The notes under the pieces: model-generated | The model's input: only the letters and a program-made list of their open reading frames with translations | Database searches by the model: none | What the model was told of the DNA's origin: nothing | Program-made: the position numbers and the translations under genes | Virus record (IMG/VR): IMGVR_UViG_3300044297_000138 | Span: 64,001 to 128,000 of that record | Reading direction: 5' to 3' (one strand) | DNA: 64,000 bases | Origin: a virus | Taxonomy: Duplodnaviria; Caudoviricetes | Shown: positions 33,479 to 43,407 of the stretch, piece after piece | Numbering within the stretch: position 1 is the first letter of the stretch | Layout of the letters: the number at the start of each line of letters is the position of its first letter

Positions 33479-34012
33479 ATGAAATACAATATCACTAAGG
33501 ACAAACTCTACGAATTGTTTATTACCAAAAATATGAGGCGCAATGAGGTTGCCGATTATTTTGGATGTTCTGAGGCAAACATCAAAAAATACCTACAAAA
33601 ATTTGACATAAAGAAGCCTTTTGTGTTAGAATGTAAAAACAAAGAACGCAAGGCCAAGGTCAAGTGTTTACATTGTGGTGAAGAATATGAAACACAACAG
33701 TTTAGAACTGAAAGTGAAAAATATGATTCAAAGTATTGTAGTTATTCGTGTGCTCAAAAGAGTAGGTATTTGGGTGAAGAACATAAGCGTAGAATCAGGA
33801 ATGAAATTGCTGCAAGACGCAGAGCCAGAATCCGTAATCAAACACCAGATTTGACTAAGGAAGAAAAGCAGAAATTGCAGGAATATTATTTGATTTGTCC
33901 AAAAGGACATGAAGTAGACCACATACAAGCAATTGCAAAAGGTGGTTTACATCATCCGGATAATTTACAAATATTGACTATGACAGAAAACAGAAAGAAG
34001 TGGTGCAAATGA
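33479..34012 (+). mobile_element. HNH homing endonuclease with N-terminal HTH and zinc finger
   Basis: CLHC..YCSYSC; HEVDHIQAIAKGGLHHPDNLQILTMTENRKK; ACTAAATA late motif at 33441. Confidence 0.88.
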
Positions 34013-34278
34013 ATGAACGAATCAAACAGATGGCAACAGAAGTTGGCATTAGTGTTGAATACCTAAACAACACAAAGCAGTGGGAGTTAATTGAAGCATT
34101 AGCCGAACGAATTGTAGACGATTGTATTGAAGTTTGTAAAAGCCGTGTGGGTAATAGTGATTACAATACAGGTAGATTACATTGTGTCAGTGATATACGA
34201 GAACGCTTTGAATTCGGTATGAGCACAGAAGATAAAAAGACCCTAATCAAAGAACTATTGGGAGTGAAGAATGACTAA
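34009..34278 (+). CDS. Hypothetical protein (MNERIK...AERIVDDC type)
   Basis: Coupled ORF within polymerase insert. Confidence 0.65.
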   Translation: MNERIKQMATEVGISVEYLNNTKQWELIEALAERIVDDCIEVCKSRVGNSDYNTGRLHCVSDIRERFEFGMSTEDKKTLIKELLGVKND

Positions 34279-34477
34279 ACTATTAGAAAGCCTTGCTGTA
34301 CAAAGTCTTGTAGAACACGATGGCGAGTTGATTTTCAGCAAAGAACTCTATGCGGCACTGGTCGTCAAAGAATGTATTGATATCATTGATTCTACACACG
34401 GTAGCAAGAAACTACTTCGTCCAGAACCGTATCAACAGATTGTAGATAATATTCAAGAACATTTTGGTGTTGAATGA
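34271..34477 (+). CDS. Hypothetical protein, similar to preceding ORF
   Basis: YAALVVKECIDI...IQEHFGVE; GGAG RBS. Confidence 0.65.
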   Translation: MTKLLESLAVQSLVEHDGELIFSKELYAALVVKECIDIIDSTHGSKKLLRPEPYQQIVDNIQEHFGVE

Positions 34478-34746
34478 TGCGTGATTCAGATGTAAAAAGA
34501 GAGATTGAACGAATGATACAACATCGTTCAAACACTAACAATCCTATTGATTTTCCTATCTCGCCAGCAAATATGCGAGCCAGATGTGAAGCATTGATTA
34601 CAGCGATGGTCGGAGCAGATTTGGCATCTAAATGGTGGAACGGACCCAACCAAGCATTTGAAGGGCACACACCCGAGGAGATTTATAGTGTGGCACCTTC
34701 GGCGGTGTATGCTTATCTAATGAAGTCAGCAGAAGGAGAATGGTAA
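34474..34746 (+). CDS. Xre/MbcA/ParS toxin-binding domain (DUF2384)-like protein
   Basis: ASKWWNGPNQAFEGHTPEEI resembles W..pn.al.G.tP..l. Confidence 0.55.
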   Translation: MMRDSDVKREIERMIQHRSNTNNPIDFPISPANMRARCEALITAMVGADLASKWWNGPNQAFEGHTPEEIYSVAPSAVYAYLMKSAEGEW

Positions 34747-35057
34747 TGATTGACTACTATGAAGCACTGAAAGAAATGCACCAAGGTAATGTGGTCAAAT
34801 ATGTTGGTACTGTGAATGGCAATGTAATGAGCAACAATGGTGCCAGTTTCTGTATGTGTCGTGGTTGTATCTTTCTATTTGATAATGGAGTAATCAAATG
34901 GGACAAGTTAGGCTACATGGTTTACGATCCAGATTTTCGTTATGAACTAACCGGCGAAACTGTAAATCCGAGGGCGTGGAAACCAGAAAAGAAAACGGAC
35001 CGTAAAGAGATTAAATCCAAGTTAGGTTATAGTAGAATAGGATTGGATAATGTTTAG
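34740..35057 (+). CDS. Hypothetical protein
   Basis: AAGGAG RBS; overlaps start of polymerase C-half. Confidence 0.65.
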   Translation: MVMIDYYEALKEMHQGNVVKYVGTVNGNVMSNNGASFCMCRGCIFLFDNGVIKWDKLGYMVYDPDFRYELTGETVNPRAWKPEKKTDRKEIKSKLGYSRIGLDNV

Positions 35058-36429
35058 AGATGTAAAAGAAATGACAATTGAAGAACTTGAGAGAGAACTT
35101 CATGCACTTGAGTTGTTTCAGAATGAAATTGGTAAAGTTGGTGTAAACTCAATGTTATCTAAGAGTGTTGACACATCATTTTTGCAACCAATGCAATGCA
35201 CAATAACACCCAATGGTCAACTATTCAGGATTGACCGACAAGGTTTCTTACCTAAGATGATGGAAGAAATGTATGAGGATCGTAAGAAGTTTAAGAAGAT
35301 GATGTTGAAAGCACAACAGGAGTATGAGAATGAAAAAGATGAATCCAAAAAATATGATATTGAAAAACGAATCGCCAGATACAACAACCTACAGCTCGCC
35401 AAGAAAGTTTCTCTCAATTCTGCTTATGGTGCTCTTGGTTCTCAGTATTTCAGATTTTATGATTTGCGTATGGCTCTTGGTGTTACTACTGCTGGCCAAC
35501 TATCTATTCGGTGGATAGAAGCCAAGATAAATGATTACTTGAACAAACTATTGAAAACGAATGAAGATTATGTTATCGCCTCAGACACAGATTCAATTTA
35601 TCTCAAGCTTGGTCCACTTGTTGACAAAGTGTATGGTGCAGGACAAGATAAATCTGTCTCTACAAGAATTGACAAACAAAAGGTTATTGATTTCATGGAT
35701 CGTGTATGCGAAGATAAAATACAACCGTATATTGATAAAAGTTATCAAGAGCTTGCTAATTATGTTAATGCGTATGCACAGAAAATGCAAATGAAGCGAG
35801 AAGGCCTATCAGACAAAGGTGTATGGACTGCCAAGAAAAGATACATTCTAAATGTATATAATAACGAAGGTGTTCAGTATGCCGAACCTCATATGAAAGT
35901 GATGGGTCTAGAAATGGTGAAGTCATCTACACCATCGGCAATCCGTGAAAAGATGAAAGAAACAATTCAGTTGATGATGACTGGCACAGAAGAAGAGGTG
36001 CAACAGTTTATTGCCAAGTTTAGAGAAGAATTTAAATCATTGCCACCCGAAGAAATTTCTTTTCCAAGAGGTCTGAATGGGCTAAATACTTATTCCGATT
36101 CGGTGACTTTATATAAAAAAGGAACTCCAATTCATGTTCGTGGTGCAATCGTCTACAATCACCACCTCAAACAACTTGGTTTAGAAAAGAAATACCAAAA
36201 GATTCAAGAAGGTGAAAAGTTAAAGTTTACCTATTTGAAAATGCCAAATCATTTCAAAGAAGATGTAATTTCGTTTCCTGCCAGAATTCCCAAAGAATTT
36301 GGGCTTGACGAATATATTGATTATGACTTACAATTTGATAAGGCGTTTCTAGAACCCATCAGGATTATTTTGGATTGTATGAATTGGAAAGCCGAAAAAT
36401 CAAATTCATTAGAAGATTTTTTTAGTTGA
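35050..36429 (+). CDS. gp43: DNA polymerase family B, C-terminal half (fingers, motifs B and C, thumb)
   Basis: QLAKKVSLNSAYGALG, ASDTDSIY, AKKRY, clamp-binding tail SLEDFF. Confidence 0.95.
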   Translation: MFRDVKEMTIEELERELHALELFQNEIGKVGVNSMLSKSVDTSFLQPMQCTITPNGQLFRIDRQGFLPKMMEEMYEDRKKFKKMMLKAQQEYENEKDESKKYDIEKRIARYNNLQLAKKVSLNSAYGALGSQYFRFYDLRMALGVTTAGQLSIRWIEAKINDYLNKLLKTNEDYVIASDTDSIYLKLGPLVDKVYGAGQDKSVSTRIDKQKVIDFMDRVCEDKIQPYIDKSYQELANYVNAYAQKMQMKREGLSDKGVWTAKKRYILNVYNNEGVQYAEPHMKVMGLEMVKSSTPSAIREKMKETIQLMMTGTEEEVQQFIAKFREEFKSLPPEEISFPRGLNGLNTYSDSVTLYKKGTPIHVRGAIVYNHHLKQLGLEKKYQKIQEGEKLKFTYLKMPNHFKEDVISFPARIPKEFGLDEYIDYDLQFDKAFLEPIRIILDCMNWKAEKSNSLEDFFS

Positions 36430-36439
36430 AGGATAAAAC

Positions 36440-37495
36440 ATGAGTATACTTGATAAGATTAAAAAGAATAGTTCAATCAAAGATTCGGCTATTCTATCCA
36501 AATCAAAATTTTTCACGCAAAAGGATATGATTCCCACATCCGTACCAGCAGTTAATGTTGCTTTGTCTGGTAAGTTGGATGGAGGTCTAACTCCCGGTCT
36601 TACAATGTGGGCAGGTCCATCCAAACATTTTAAGACTGCATTTTCTTTACTGATGGCCAAATCTTATATGGACAAATATGAAGATGCTGCATTACTTTTC
36701 TATGATTCCGAATTTGGTACGCCTCAGTCTTATTTTGATTCCTTTGGTATTGACACAGACAGGGTGCTCCATACTCCTATTACAGACATTGAACAGTTGA
36801 AGTTTGATATTATGAATCAACTCACCAATCTTGAACGTGGTGAACATCTAATTATTGTTGTTGATTCAATTGGTAACCTTGCATCCAAAAAAGAAGTTGA
36901 AGATGCATTGGATCAAAAGTCTGTTGCTGACATGAGCCGTGCCAAACAAGTTAAGTCTTTGTTCCGTATGGTTACACCTCACCTATCATTGAAAGACATT
37001 CCAATGGTTGTTGTGAATCACACCTATAAAGAAATCGGTATGTTCCCCAAAGATATCGTTGGTGGTGGTACAGGTTCTTATTATTCTGCCGATAATATTT
37101 TCATTCTTGGCCGTCAACAAGAAAAAGATGGAACCGAAATCACAGGATACAACTTCATCATTAACGTGGAAAAGTCCCGTTATGTAAAAGAGAAATCTAA
37201 GATTCCAGTTAATGTATCTTTTGACGGTGGTATTAACAAGTGGTCTGGCTTATTGGACATTGCACTTGAATCTGGCCATGTTATCAAACCAAGTAATGGT
37301 TGGTACAGCAAAGTGAATATTGAATCTGGTGAAGTGGAAGAAAAGAAATATCGTGAAAAGGATACTAATAGTTCTGAATTCTGGATTCCTGTTTTGAAAC
37401 AACAATCTTTCCGTGATTATGTGGAAAGCAAATATCGTGTAGCTGCATCAGAAATCTTACAAGATTCGGATATTGAAGAAACATTTGAGAGTTAA
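36440..37495 (+). CDS. uvsX: RecA-like recombinase UvsX
   Basis: AGPSKHFKT, FYDSEFG, DSIGNLASKKE. Confidence 0.96.
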   Translation: MSILDKIKKNSSIKDSAILSKSKFFTQKDMIPTSVPAVNVALSGKLDGGLTPGLTMWAGPSKHFKTAFSLLMAKSYMDKYEDAALLFYDSEFGTPQSYFDSFGIDTDRVLHTPITDIEQLKFDIMNQLTNLERGEHLIIVVDSIGNLASKKEVEDALDQKSVADMSRAKQVKSLFRMVTPHLSLKDIPMVVVNHTYKEIGMFPKDIVGGGTGSYYSADNIFILGRQQEKDGTEITGYNFIINVEKSRYVKEKSKIPVNVSFDGGINKWSGLLDIALESGHVIKPSNGWYSKVNIESGEVEEKKYREKDTNSSEFWIPVLKQQSFRDYVESKYRVAASEILQDSDIEETFES

Positions 37496-37497
37496 TA

Positions 37498-37821
37498 ATG
37501 ATAGAAGGTATTGATTACTGTTTCATCTATCCTAAAAATGATGGTACAGCAGTTCATATAAAATTTTTAGACGGACCTTATAAAGATACCGTTTTCAAAT
37601 ATGGCAAGGTAAAATTCAAGGAAGAAAACGACCAGGTCTATTTACTTTTTGCTTATGATGTGTTAGAATCACCAGTTAAGAAACCACGAAAATTGGAAAA
37701 AGATGGTGATTTTAAAAACTACATTGGTGACCTGTTGGTTGAACTAATGTCAGAAAACATGGAACAGGATATTATTGATGAAACTGGAACAAGCGATTCT
37801 GAAGAATCTAATTTACAATGA
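37498..37821 (+). CDS. Conserved hypothetical protein (between uvsX and gp41)
   Basis: GPYKDTVFKYGKV, FKNYIGDLLVEL. Confidence 0.65.
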   Translation: MIEGIDYCFIYPKNDGTAVHIKFLDGPYKDTVFKYGKVKFKEENDQVYLLFAYDVLESPVKKPRKLEKDGDFKNYIGDLLVELMSENMEQDIIDETGTSDSEESNLQ

Positions 37822-39169
37822 TGAATACTTACGCAAGGTACTCCCTTTTATTAAAGCCGATTACTTCACGGATAGGACCGATAGAACAATCTTCAATGAG
37901 ATTTCAAAATTCGTTGAGGCTTACAATTCTACACCGACGATTGAAGCAATTGAATTGGCCATCAAAGAAAGGCGAAATCTCTCAAATGATGAAGTGGAGA
38001 AGTGCGAAACTTGTTTACAAGAGATTGTCAAAATTAAAGAAGAACAATCCAAGATTGACTGGTTGGTTGATAAGACAGAAAAGTTCTGCCAAGAGAAGGC
38101 CATATACAATGCAGTATTGGGGTCTATTTCAATCCTCGATGGGAAGGACAAAACCCAAGATAAAGGGTCCATACCTAAGTTACTTTCCGATGCCCTCGCA
38201 GTAAGTTTTGACAACTCGGTTGGACATGATTACCTGGAGAATAGTGATGAACGCTTTGAATTTTATCATAGAAAAGAAGAAAGAATTCCTTTTGACTTGG
38301 ACTACTTCAATAAGATTACTAAAGGTGGTCTTCCTATTAAAACTCTTAATATCGCTCTTGCTGGTACCGGTGTTGGTAAGTCTCTCTTTATGTGTCACGT
38401 TGCCGCTGGTTGTATGGTACAAGGCAAAAATGTATTGTATATCACTATGGAAATGGCTGAAGAAAAGATTGCAGAAAGAATAGATGCCAATCTTTTAAAT
38501 GTAAGTGTGGATGATTTGGTCAGCCTGCCAAAAGAAATGTATGACAAGAAGATAGAAAAACTCCGTGCAAAAACTGTAGGCAAACTTATCATCAAAGAGT
38601 ATCCAACAGCGGCTGCTTCCGTAACACACTTTAGGACCCTGTTGAATGAACTCAATCTCAAGAAAAGTTTTGTTCCTGATATTATCTTTGTGGATTACCT
38701 CAATATTTGTTGTAGTTCTCGTATTAAAGCCGGAGCTAATGTCAACTCTTATACCTATGTCAAGGCTATTGCCGAAGAATTGCGAGGTCTTGCCGTTGAA
38801 TTCGGAGTTCCAATTGTTTCTGCTACACAAACAACAAGGTCAGGTTATACAAGTTCCGACCCAGGACTGGAGGACACAAGTGAGTCTTTTGGTTTGCCAG
38901 CAACCGCCGACCTGATGTTTGCATTGATTTCTTCCGAGGAATTGGAAGAACTTGGACAAATCATGGTCAAGCAATTGAAGAATCGTTACTCTGATCCAAC
39001 AATGTATAAACGATTTACTATTGGTGTTGACCGTTCTAAAATGAAACTGTATGATGTGGAACAATCAGCACAAGATGGATTGGCTGATGCAGGTATTACA
39101 GATAAACCACTTAATACTTTTGGCAATCGTGAAATGAAGAAAGATAAATTTGATGGATTTAAAGTTTGA
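37778..39169 (+). CDS. gp41: Replicative DnaB-like helicase
   Basis: LAGTGVGKSL, IIKEYPT, DYLNIC, SESFGLPATAD, KQLKNRY. Confidence 0.97.
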   Translation: MKLEQAILKNLIYNDEYLRKVLPFIKADYFTDRTDRTIFNEISKFVEAYNSTPTIEAIELAIKERRNLSNDEVEKCETCLQEIVKIKEEQSKIDWLVDKTEKFCQEKAIYNAVLGSISILDGKDKTQDKGSIPKLLSDALAVSFDNSVGHDYLENSDERFEFYHRKEERIPFDLDYFNKITKGGLPIKTLNIALAGTGVGKSLFMCHVAAGCMVQGKNVLYITMEMAEEKIAERIDANLLNVSVDDLVSLPKEMYDKKIEKLRAKTVGKLIIKEYPTAAASVTHFRTLLNELNLKKSFVPDIIFVDYLNICCSSRIKAGANVNSYTYVKAIAEELRGLAVEFGVPIVSATQTTRSGYTSSDPGLEDTSESFGLPATADLMFALISSEELEELGQIMVKQLKNRYSDPTMYKRFTIGVDRSKMKLYDVEQSAQDGLADAGITDKPLNTFGNREMKKDKFDGFKV

Positions 39170-40259
39170 GGATGCTCTATACTGCGCCAAAGTATTTGAA
39201 GATTATTTTGGCCGGTTTGATAGAGTTGATGACTACATGCGTGACCAAAAATTGGCCTCTTTGGCTGATTTGCCGTCCAATCCATTGTTTCCAATAGAAG
39301 ATGATTTGTTTTCTGATTTCACCATGCATCCAAAAGATATGGATTTTGAGGTGTGTGAAGTACCACAGGACACATGGGAAACATTACTAAACATCACTTC
39401 ATCACATATTAATATATCACCCGTTGGCCGGCAAATACGTTTGGCCGTCATTGAAAAGAATACCAACAAGTATGTTGGATTCTTGCGTTTGGGTTCTCCA
39501 GTTATCAATATGAAACCGAGAAATGAAATGCTCGGCCAAGTATTCACACAGAAGCCAGAATGGGCAACCAGATTTAATGATTCTGCAATGATGGGTTTTG
39601 TAATTGTTCCATCGCAACCTTTCGGTTACAATTATCTTGGTGGAAAGTTACTTGCAGGTATCTGTACCTCACATGAAGTCAGAGAGATTGTCAATAAGAA
39701 GTATGGAATGAACCTGTGTTTGTTTGAAACAACCAGTCTCTATGGTAGTTCCAAAACTGTCTCACAATATGATGGTATGAAACCTTACATTCGTTTTAAA
39801 GGTCTGACTGAATCCGATTTCATTCCCATGATGCACGGTAAACCTTATGAGGACCTAAGAAACTTTGTGGAAAGTAAAGTTGGTGAAATTGTTGAAGCTG
39901 ATGCTTCCAGCAAGAAGTTAAAGACTACAATGAGGATTATAGCTTTAACCAAAGCAGCTCTTAAAGGTACTACTGAAGGGGAGGCATTCATGGAAACGAT
40001 TGAACAAGCGAAAGGGTTGACAGAAAAGAAAAGATATTATGTAAGTGACTATGGTTTTAGTAACATAGTTGACTATATCAACTGTAAAACTGATAAATTA
40101 TCACCTGGTGAAAATTATGAGAAACATTATTTGAAGAATTTGATTGAATGGTGGCGAAATAAAGCTTGCAATCGGTATGAAACTTTGTATAATGAAGGCC
40201 GTTTGAGAAGCGAACTGGAAGTCTGGACTTCAGGAAAGAATATTCAAATCATTAGATAA
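39153..40259 (+). CDS. DUF4338/DruA-like protein, second copy
   Basis: IVPSQPFGYNYLGGKLLA, ETTSLYG, SQYDGMKP. Confidence 0.65.
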   Translation: MDLKFEDALYCAKVFEDYFGRFDRVDDYMRDQKLASLADLPSNPLFPIEDDLFSDFTMHPKDMDFEVCEVPQDTWETLLNITSSHINISPVGRQIRLAVIEKNTNKYVGFLRLGSPVINMKPRNEMLGQVFTQKPEWATRFNDSAMMGFVIVPSQPFGYNYLGGKLLAGICTSHEVREIVNKKYGMNLCLFETTSLYGSSKTVSQYDGMKPYIRFKGLTESDFIPMMHGKPYEDLRNFVESKVGEIVEADASSKKLKTTMRIIALTKAALKGTTEGEAFMETIEQAKGLTEKKRYYVSDYGFSNIVDYINCKTDKLSPGENYEKHYLKNLIEWWRNKACNRYETLYNEGRLRSELEVWTSGKNIQIIR

Positions 40260-40280
40260 ATATTCTTATTTGGGGTCAAA

Positions 40281-41027
40281 ATGGCACAACAAGGTTTTGA
40301 ATATGAAAAGAACGCAGCTAAAATTTTAAAGCCTTTGGGTCTTGTTCCAAAGTCTTTTGTGCCTGCTGGTGCCGGTCACGATCAACCAGATTTGATGTTG
40401 GAACACAAAGGTAAAAAATCAGGATGCGAATTGAAAATTACTGCTGCTTCAGCAGGATCTTTGGTATTAAAGTTTGATGCAAAAAATAAAAGAAATCCTT
40501 GGTTTTTTAATAAAATTTCCGAAGATGATGCAGAAAAAATGTTTATTAAAAACTTAGCTGAAGAAGTTGGTGTTTTTGATTTGATTAAAAAGAAATGGAA
40601 AGATATCCCTTTCAAAAGAGAAAAAGATGACTTATTACCATTACAGACCAAAGGCATGAGTAAAAAACAAATCTACGAAAGAGATAGAGATACCTTTCCT
40701 GATATCAAAGGTGAAATACCTGCTTCTAAAATTGAAGAATATTATAACAAAAAGGATACTTATTATGTGAATGTTGGTACTCATGGTTTTTATTTGATGG
40801 GTACATCCAATCCGTTGAAACTAAACGATGTTCCAAGATTTGGCACATCAGCAAAAGCCATTTACAGAATAAGAGTTCAATATAAAGGCAGTGATAATTA
40901 TCAATTTACTTTTGAAATGCAATTTTCAATTCCCGCTAATAAAAAATCACCCTATAATATTGCACCAGTAAATGGTAAAACAGTTAACATTATTAAAAAT
41001 GAAATGAATTTAGGATGCTTCGCATGA
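40281..41027 (+). CDS. PD-(D/E)xK nuclease-like hypothetical protein
   Basis: GFEYEK...PDL...CELK; GATAAATA late motif upstream. Confidence 0.5.
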   Translation: MAQQGFEYEKNAAKILKPLGLVPKSFVPAGAGHDQPDLMLEHKGKKSGCELKITAASAGSLVLKFDAKNKRNPWFFNKISEDDAEKMFIKNLAEEVGVFDLIKKKWKDIPFKREKDDLLPLQTKGMSKKQIYERDRDTFPDIKGEIPASKIEEYYNKKDTYYVNVGTHGFYLMGTSNPLKLNDVPRFGTSAKAIYRIRVQYKGSDNYQFTFEMQFSIPANKKSPYNIAPVNGKTVNIIKNEMNLGCFA

Positions 41028-41293
41028 AAAATCAACTAGATACATTTGATGATGATTTTGGTTTCTCAGCCATCTCGGCTAAAGAATATGAAGCTAAAAT
41101 TACACAAGCAGCCGAACAAGCTTCTGCACCAGTAGAAGATTATAAACAAAGACTCCAAAAATTAGAATCTATGATTGTTCCTTTCTTAGAAAAATTAAAA
41201 GAGACTGGTGATAAAGAATACATATATTGGCCAAACCGTAAACCTAAAATAGAAAAACAAATAGAGGCAATTCTAAAACTGACTAGAGGATGA
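41024..41293 (+). CDS. Conserved hypothetical protein
   Basis: DDDFGFSA...KEYIYWPNR. Confidence 0.7.
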   Translation: MKNQLDTFDDDFGFSAISAKEYEAKITQAAEQASAPVEDYKQRLQKLESMIVPFLEKLKETGDKEYIYWPNRKPKIEKQIEAILKLTRG

Positions 41294-41294
41294 T

Positions 41295-42005
41295 ATGAGT
41301 GCAACTGTGATTATGCCAACTACGGGTTCTCCGGAGTTGGAAGATGCTGTGGATAGTGTATTGAAACAAAGTTATGAAACTAAATGTTATGTTGTGGCTG
41401 ATGGGGTTCAATCACATTCAAAAACAAGAATCATTACAGATAATTTCTTGAGCAGAAAAAATCTGGAAAAATGTTTTTTACCAATTAATGTAGGCGCTAA
41501 TGGTTTTTATGGCCACCGTGTGTATGCTGCATTTACACACCTAATTGATACCGATTACGTTCTTTACCTGGATCAAGACTGTTGGTTTGAACCAGACCAT
41601 GTAGAAAAGTGTATCAAAACCATAGAAGAAAATGACCTGGACTGGTCTTATTCACTCCGCAAGATATGTGATAAAGATGGAAATTATATCTGTAATGATG
41701 ATTGTGAATCACTTGGTAAGTGGCAAACATATCATGGGGTGAATCACATAGATACTAATTGTTATTGCATAAAAACATCGGTTGCGATAAAATTAGCACA
41801 AGTATGGCATGGTGGCTGGGGACAAGACAGAGTTTTCTTATCTGTTCTTGCACAACACTTTCCTAAATTTGATTGTACCGGTTATTATACAGTCAACTAT
41901 CGTGTTGATGGAAATCCAGGTTCTGTAAATGCAGAATTCTTCCATCATGGTAATGAAGTGATGAAACAAAAATATAATGGAGTTTTCCCATGGCAAAAAA
42001 TTTAA
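41295..42005 (+). CDS. Glycosyltransferase family 2-like
   Basis: VIMPT, VVADG, LYLDQD, WGQDR. Confidence 0.85.
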   Translation: MSATVIMPTTGSPELEDAVDSVLKQSYETKCYVVADGVQSHSKTRIITDNFLSRKNLEKCFLPINVGANGFYGHRVYAAFTHLIDTDYVLYLDQDCWFEPDHVEKCIKTIEENDLDWSYSLRKICDKDGNYICNDDCESLGKWQTYHGVNHIDTNCYCIKTSVAIKLAQVWHGGWGQDRVFLSVLAQHFPKFDCTGYYTVNYRVDGNPGSVNAEFFHHGNEVMKQKYNGVFPWQKI

Positions 42006-42832
42006 TCATTGGTGGTTTTACCAATTACGAAATCAATCAACTAAAACCTTGGGTTTTATCAGCCAAAGAAGTTGCAGGTGATAACGATGTTGTTTTATTG
42101 GTTGGCAAAACAAGTGAAGAAACAGTAAAGTGGTTGAAAAATCAAGGTGTGATTGTTGCACCAATGGCACAATCACAGAATGTTCCAATTCATGTTCTCC
42201 GGTTTCTTTCCATCTACGAATATCTAAGAAACAATTGGGCTAGATATCAGTTCGTTGTTACAACTGATGTTAAAGATGTATACTTCCAAGACGATCCATT
42301 TAAAATGATAGAAGAATGTAAATGGTGTAAACTTCTTATTGCATCTGAAGAACTAAAATACAAAGATGAACCATGGGGTGATGACAACCTCAAACAAGCA
42401 TATGGACCATATGTTTACGAACAATTCAAAAACAATACCATCTATAATGTAGGAACTTTTGGTGGTGTTTCTGAATATGTCAAAGACATGGTATTCAATA
42501 TCTTCACTAATGCAATCAACAGACCAATAGGCATTTGTGACCAAGCAGTATTCAATGTATTGATTGGAACACAACCATACAAAGACATTTGTTATCCAAC
42601 AAACGATTGGGCTTGTGAAGCAGGTACTGTTGCTGATCCAGCCAAAATTTATAATTTTAGAACTAATCTATTAGGTTATGAACCCATCTTTAAAGATGGT
42701 GTCGTAATGACACACGATAACTATGTTTATCCTATCGTGCATCAATATGACCGTGTTCCAGAATGGAAAAAATTCGTGGCCGAAAAATATGGCCAAGAAG
42801 ATGAATCTAAATTTTTTACATATAAGATTTAA
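41990..42832 (+). CDS. GT-A fold glycosyltransferase-like protein
   Basis: TTDVKDVYFQ, NVGTFGG, DQAVFN, IVHQYDR. Confidence 0.7.
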   Translation: MAKNLIIGGFTNYEINQLKPWVLSAKEVAGDNDVVLLVGKTSEETVKWLKNQGVIVAPMAQSQNVPIHVLRFLSIYEYLRNNWARYQFVVTTDVKDVYFQDDPFKMIEECKWCKLLIASEELKYKDEPWGDDNLKQAYGPYVYEQFKNNTIYNVGTFGGVSEYVKDMVFNIFTNAINRPIGICDQAVFNVLIGTQPYKDICYPTNDWACEAGTVADPAKIYNFRTNLLGYEPIFKDGVVMTHDNYVYPIVHQYDRVPEWKKFVAEKYGQEDESKFFTYKI

Positions 42833-42834
42833 TT

Positions 42835-43407
42835 ATGAGTGACGTTATTACTATTAATACAGAAAACAATTCTTGGCAAACTTTTCCACAACAAGACTTT
42901 ATTTGTTCAGGTAAAGGTTTAGGTGAATTATCCAGAAAATTTATGGATCCAAAAATGTTGGAAATTGGTTGTGATGTTGGTGATACTGCCGAATTTATGT
43001 TGCGTTCACATCCAATGTTGCATTTAACATCAATTGATCCGTATGAAAATTATGTGGATTGGAACGGTAGACCTCTAAATGAAAGAGAAGAAGTATACAA
43101 CAATGTTATGGAAAGATTGAAACATTGGCCTGATAGATTTGAACTGATTAGAATGACTTCCGACTCTGCTGCACAAATTTTTAAAGAAGAAGAATTTGAT
43201 ATCATCTTTATTGATGGTTTACACACATATGAGCAACTATCTAAAGATTGTGAAAACTATTATTCTAAAGTTAAACCTGGTGGAATATTTTCTGGCCATG
43301 ATTACAATTCAATTGAAGGTGTACGCCGAGCTGTGGATGAATTCTCTTCCAAACTTGGTAAAAAAATTGAAATCACAGAAAATGATGTGTGGTACTGGTA
43401 TAAATGA
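42835..43407 (+). CDS. Class I SAM-dependent methyltransferase (Methyltransf_24-like)
   Basis: LEIGCDVG, SIDPY, DIIFIDGLHTY, KPGGIFSGHDY. Confidence 0.88.
   Translation: MSDVITINTENNSWQTFPQQDFICSGKGLGELSRKFMDPKMLEIGCDVGDTAEFMLRSHPMLHLTSIDPYENYVDWNGRPLNEREEVYNNVMERLKHWPDRFELIRMTSDSAAQIFKEEEFDIIFIDGLHTYEQLSKDCENYYSKVKPGGIFSGHDYNSIEGVRRAVDEFSSKLGKKIEITENDVWYWYK

Noticed and set aside
33450-35049. Group I intron or intein explaining the polymerase interruption
   Set aside because: Insert is filled with coupled ORFs, no P/Q/R/S core recognisable, both halves have their own stop/start and lack intein Cys/His-Asn termini; RT-PCR would be decisive
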